The translations under genes were made by a program, and so were the position numbers. The notes beneath the pieces are model-generated. The model had not been told where the DNA came from. It ran no database searches and saw nothing but the letters and a program-made list of their open reading frames with translations. Shown in pieces: positions 36,744-39,330 of a stretch of DNA of 39,330 nt. Position 1 is the first letter of the stretch, and the number at the start of each line of letters is the position of its first letter. Source of the DNA: a virus; the UHGV virus genome UHGV-0205814. The stretch is one strand, 5' to 3'.

Positions 36744-37202
36744 TCACCTAATCCCTAACACTTTATACCAATGATTATAATACTCTCTGGCTTCTTTGGT
36801 CCTATCTATAATAGCTCTATCTTTGTATCCTTCATTCTCTAACTTAGGTTTCCAAGATGTTTCACCAAAACATTTAACTGCCATATAAAATTTTCTTCTA
36901 GTTCTATTATCAACACCAGTCTCTTTCATAATAAAATTAAATATTTTATCTGCTAATGTACGATTAATACCTGTATTATTATATGTTGAGTATAAATAAT
37001 CGTGTATAACTGCTGCATTAATATATTTGCCATAAGGATTATACAACCATTGTAAAGATTTAGGTACAGAGGCTCCATCAGTGATAAAACCTCTAAACAC
37101 CTTAATATCATAACCATTGATAGAGTAAATATAATCTTGCATTAAAACTGCTTTCCCATTTGAAATTGGATCAAGGATTAATTTAGTTTTCTCCATCTTC
37201 AT
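36744..37202 (-). CDS. DUF1353-like phage protein
   Basis: Motif FITDGASVPK ... AAVIHDYLY as in DUF1353 family proteins often found in phage lysis regions. Confidence 0.45.
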   Translation of the reverse strand: MKMEKTKLILDPISNGKAVLMQDYIYSINGYDIKVFRGFITDGASVPKSLQWLYNPYGKYINAAVIHDYLYSTYNNTGINRTLADKIFNFIMKETGVDNRTRRKFYMAVKCFGETSWKPKLENEGYKDRAIIDRTKEAREYYNHWYKVLGIR

Positions 37203-37563
37203 TACCTTTTATATCTACCTTATATCCATTAGCAAAAATATCAGAAAACTTTTGTAATGTCTTTTCTATAATATCAATCATTCTTTTTCTGCTAATAAAT
37301 TTAATAATTATAATTCTTGCTATCCAAGGTAAACTAGAAGTTCTATATAATATAAAGTTAACTGCTGCTTCTAGTTTCTTTCTATTTTCTCCGTGATTAA
37401 AACTTTCTTCTGCAAAAATAACTGATTGTCTAAATACATTCACATATTGTTTTCTGTTGTAAATAAGATAAATTAAAATCAGTCCAGCTACTGCTATCCA
37501 TATCCATTGTTCCATACTAAAACTTGCTAAATATCCTACCACTTGATTAATTAAATCTTTCAT
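37183..37563 (-). CDS. putative holin / small membrane protein
   Basis: 126 aa with an N-proximal TM helix (WIWIAVAGLILIYLIY). Lies between the DUF1353-like gene and the amidase. Confidence 0.4.
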   Translation of the reverse strand: MKDLINQVVGYLASFSMEQWIWIAVAGLILIYLIYNRKQYVNVFRQSVIFAEESFNHGENRKKLEAAVNFILYRTSSLPWIARIIIIKFISRKRMIDIIEKTLQKFSDIFANGYKVDIKGNEDGEN

Positions 37564-37575
37564 AATTAAAACCTC

Positions 37576-37842
37576 CTATTCTACATCAAACTTTTTATTT
37601 TCCCATTTTTTATAAGCATCCAAATATAATTCTTTTTTATCACCATTGTAAGTTAATTCATAGTACATTCCGTCTGAAACATTTGTAGATAACAATGCTT
37701 TTGCATTTTGTAGAGTTTTGCAATACCATACAACGAATACATCATCTTTTGTTATTTTTACTCCATCTGTTTTTTCCACTCTTTCATTAAAATACTCAAC
37801 CACTTTTTCCTTACACATATCTTGAAACTTATTAAATTCCAT
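37576..37842 (-). CDS. hypothetical protein
   Basis: 88-aa ORF with RBS AGGAGG immediately downstream of the amidase gene. Confidence 0.3.
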   Translation of the reverse strand: MEFNKFQDMCKEKVVEYFNERVEKTDGVKITKDDVFVVWYCKTLQNAKALLSTNVSDGMYYELTYNGDKKELYLDAYKKWENKKFDVE

Positions 37843-37854
37843 ACTTTTTACCTC

Positions 37855-38400
37855 CTAAATATTTTCTTTTATAAAATTAATAAATAAATTAACAACATCT
37901 TTTTCAACTGAAAACTTTAAACTTTCATCTGGATTACTACCAAAGAAAGGCTCAACTAATATATAAGTATCTTTACTATTACATATTCCATAGCCTCCTC
38001 TAACTTTACTATCTTGAATTTCTATTATTCCGTGATTACCTCTAATTTTGCTACCAAATATATTCTGTAACCTTGCCATAAAATCTGTTGCTAGCTCCTT
38101 AGCCTTATTATTTCCATAGTAAACTAAGCATTCGCAACCATTGGCTTGCTCACTTGCTGCTGCATTAAAGTGAAGTTCCATACAGAACTTATAATCATTC
38201 TTGTTAAGTTCTTCCAGCACTTCAAACATTTCTCTTGTGTAATATTGATTTGGCTTTCTCTCGTATACATCTACCATTAATGGAATTTCAGTTTTTATTT
38301 TTTCTGCTATTCTTTTCCAATAATCATATTCACTACCAACTATGGTTGAATATGCTCCTTTACTTCTTTTATTATGTCCAATAATCAATGCTACTTTCAT
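37855..38400 (-). CDS. N-acetylmuramoyl-L-alanine amidase (Amidase_3-type endolysin catalytic domain)
   Basis: Motifs ALIIGHNKRSKGA, ELHFNAA and LVEPFFGSNPDE match the zinc-amidase family. 181 aa with no separate cell-wall-binding domain. Confidence 0.8.
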   Translation of the reverse strand: MKVALIIGHNKRSKGAYSTIVGSEYDYWKRIAEKIKTEIPLMVDVYERKPNQYYTREMFEVLEELNKNDYKFCMELHFNAAASEQANGCECLVYYGNNKAKELATDFMARLQNIFGSKIRGNHGIIEIQDSKVRGGYGICNSKDTYILVEPFFGSNPDESLKFSVEKDVVNLFINFIKENI

Positions 38401-38515
38401 TTTTATAGTTCTCCTTTCTTAAAAATTATTAATTAGACTTTGTAATTTGCTGTTTTAAGTTATTAATTAGATGAAGCTATATAAAACTACCTCTAATTAA
38501 TTTAAACTCTTTAAA

Positions 38516-39280
38516 TTACATTTTGACCAATTTATTATGTATTTCTTTTCTCTTAGCTTCAAATTCTTCTTTTGTTAATTCTTTTGGTGCTACCTCTGTT
38601 TTAAAATAGTTTTCTGTATCATAAACTGATTGAGTAAAAGTTTTTACAAAACCAGCTAATATTAATGATTTTTGTAAATCTAATTCTAAACCAAAATTAT
38701 CTTCAAAATACCAAGTTATAGGTTTTTCTTTGCCATAAATAGTTTTTTCTGCCAACATAAAAGTTACATTTGAAGCCAATAAAGTTATATCTTTATCACG
38801 ACATCTCTGTCTATGTTGTTCCCCTTCTACTTGATAATCAAATCCATACTCCAATACATCAGCTTTTATATTATCTATTGTGTTAAAGTAGTCTTTTTGT
38901 TCTCTCTCTGTATCATATGCCCACTGTTCTTTTTCCTTGTTCCAAGTTAAATATTTTTCATTTTTTTTAGGCTTTTCTATCTTAACAATCTTTTTATCTC
39001 TTATAACCTCTCCATCTTCAAGTTGTACTTCTATATTATTTTCAACTTTCTCTTCTCTTGTCATTTCTCTAATTGTGTTACCAATTAAAATTGGATAATT
39101 AAATGGTGCATTTCTTTCAACCATTATTGTTTCATCTTTTTTTATATCAGGATAATATGAAAAAATAATATCCCAACCACCATATAATTTGACTTCTTCT
39201 GATGTTAGATTTACATCAAATAATAATTTTGGTAATTTTTCTTTTGAATATATATAATACATAATTTGTTCTCCTTTCAA
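38516..39280 (-). CDS. hypothetical protein (tail-fibre-associated position)
   Basis: 254-aa ORF between the endolysin and the tail fibre region (if the sequence is circular). No motif recognised. Confidence 0.3.
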   Translation of the reverse strand: MKGEQIMYYIYSKEKLPKLLFDVNLTSEEVKLYGGWDIIFSYYPDIKKDETIMVERNAPFNYPILIGNTIREMTREEKVENNIEVQLEDGEVIRDKKIVKIEKPKKNEKYLTWNKEKEQWAYDTEREQKDYFNTIDNIKADVLEYGFDYQVEGEQHRQRCRDKDITLLASNVTFMLAEKTIYGKEKPITWYFEDNFGLELDLQKSLILAGFVKTFTQSVYDTENYFKTEVAPKELTKEEFEAKRKEIHNKLVKM

Positions 39281-39330
39281 AAATTTAGTATTTTAGACTA
39301 TCTGTTCTATCACAGATGGATTTTTAAAAT

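Overview
This window is an AT-rich (roughly 25-30% GC) temperate phage or prophage genome of the low-GC Gram-positive/Fusobacterium type, with a PBSX-like contractile-tail (myovirus) structural module. The organisation parallels lambda. A divergent immunity switch at ~26.8-27.0 kb has an XRE-type repressor (ImmR/cI-like, no S24 peptidase domain) paired with an ImmA/IrrE metalloprotease. Rightward from it (+ strand, 26985-34594) run early/recombination genes: an Erf-like annealing protein, SSB, a Cys/His-rich protein, a PAPS-reductase-like PP-loop protein, YopX, an NTP pyrophosphatase, then Xis and a tyrosine integrase. An attP-like repeat region (34595-34913) follows. Leftward (- strand) the repressor operon continues into a three-gene cassette of unknown function (24009-25861) in the position lambda gives to rexAB. 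It is followed by a bPH_2 membrane protein and a second small XRE regulator. A 797-bp ORF-free region (22207-23003) then carries iteron-like repeats and a GC-elevated segment. After it come the replication module (DnaD-like replisome organiser, RusA), an orphan N6-adenine methyltransferase with a half-HsdS specificity subunit, terminase small and large, portal, Mu-F-like minor head protein, scaffold and capsid. The PBSX-like tail/baseplate genes run down to position 354. The lysis cassette (XhlA-like, DUF1353, holin-like, amidase) and a three-gene moron cassette lie at 35361-38400 on the - strand, next to the integrase/attP. So the window looks like a complete ~39 kb phage genome opened inside the tail-fibre region. 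The most interesting candidates are: the translationally coupled three-gene operon with a C-terminal membrane-anchored protein in the rex-like slot (putative novel superinfection-exclusion/abortive-infection system); the structured non-coding region at 22.2-23.0 kb; and a recurring ATCCG(A/T)TT operator motif linking the cI/cro switch to a distal OL-like site.
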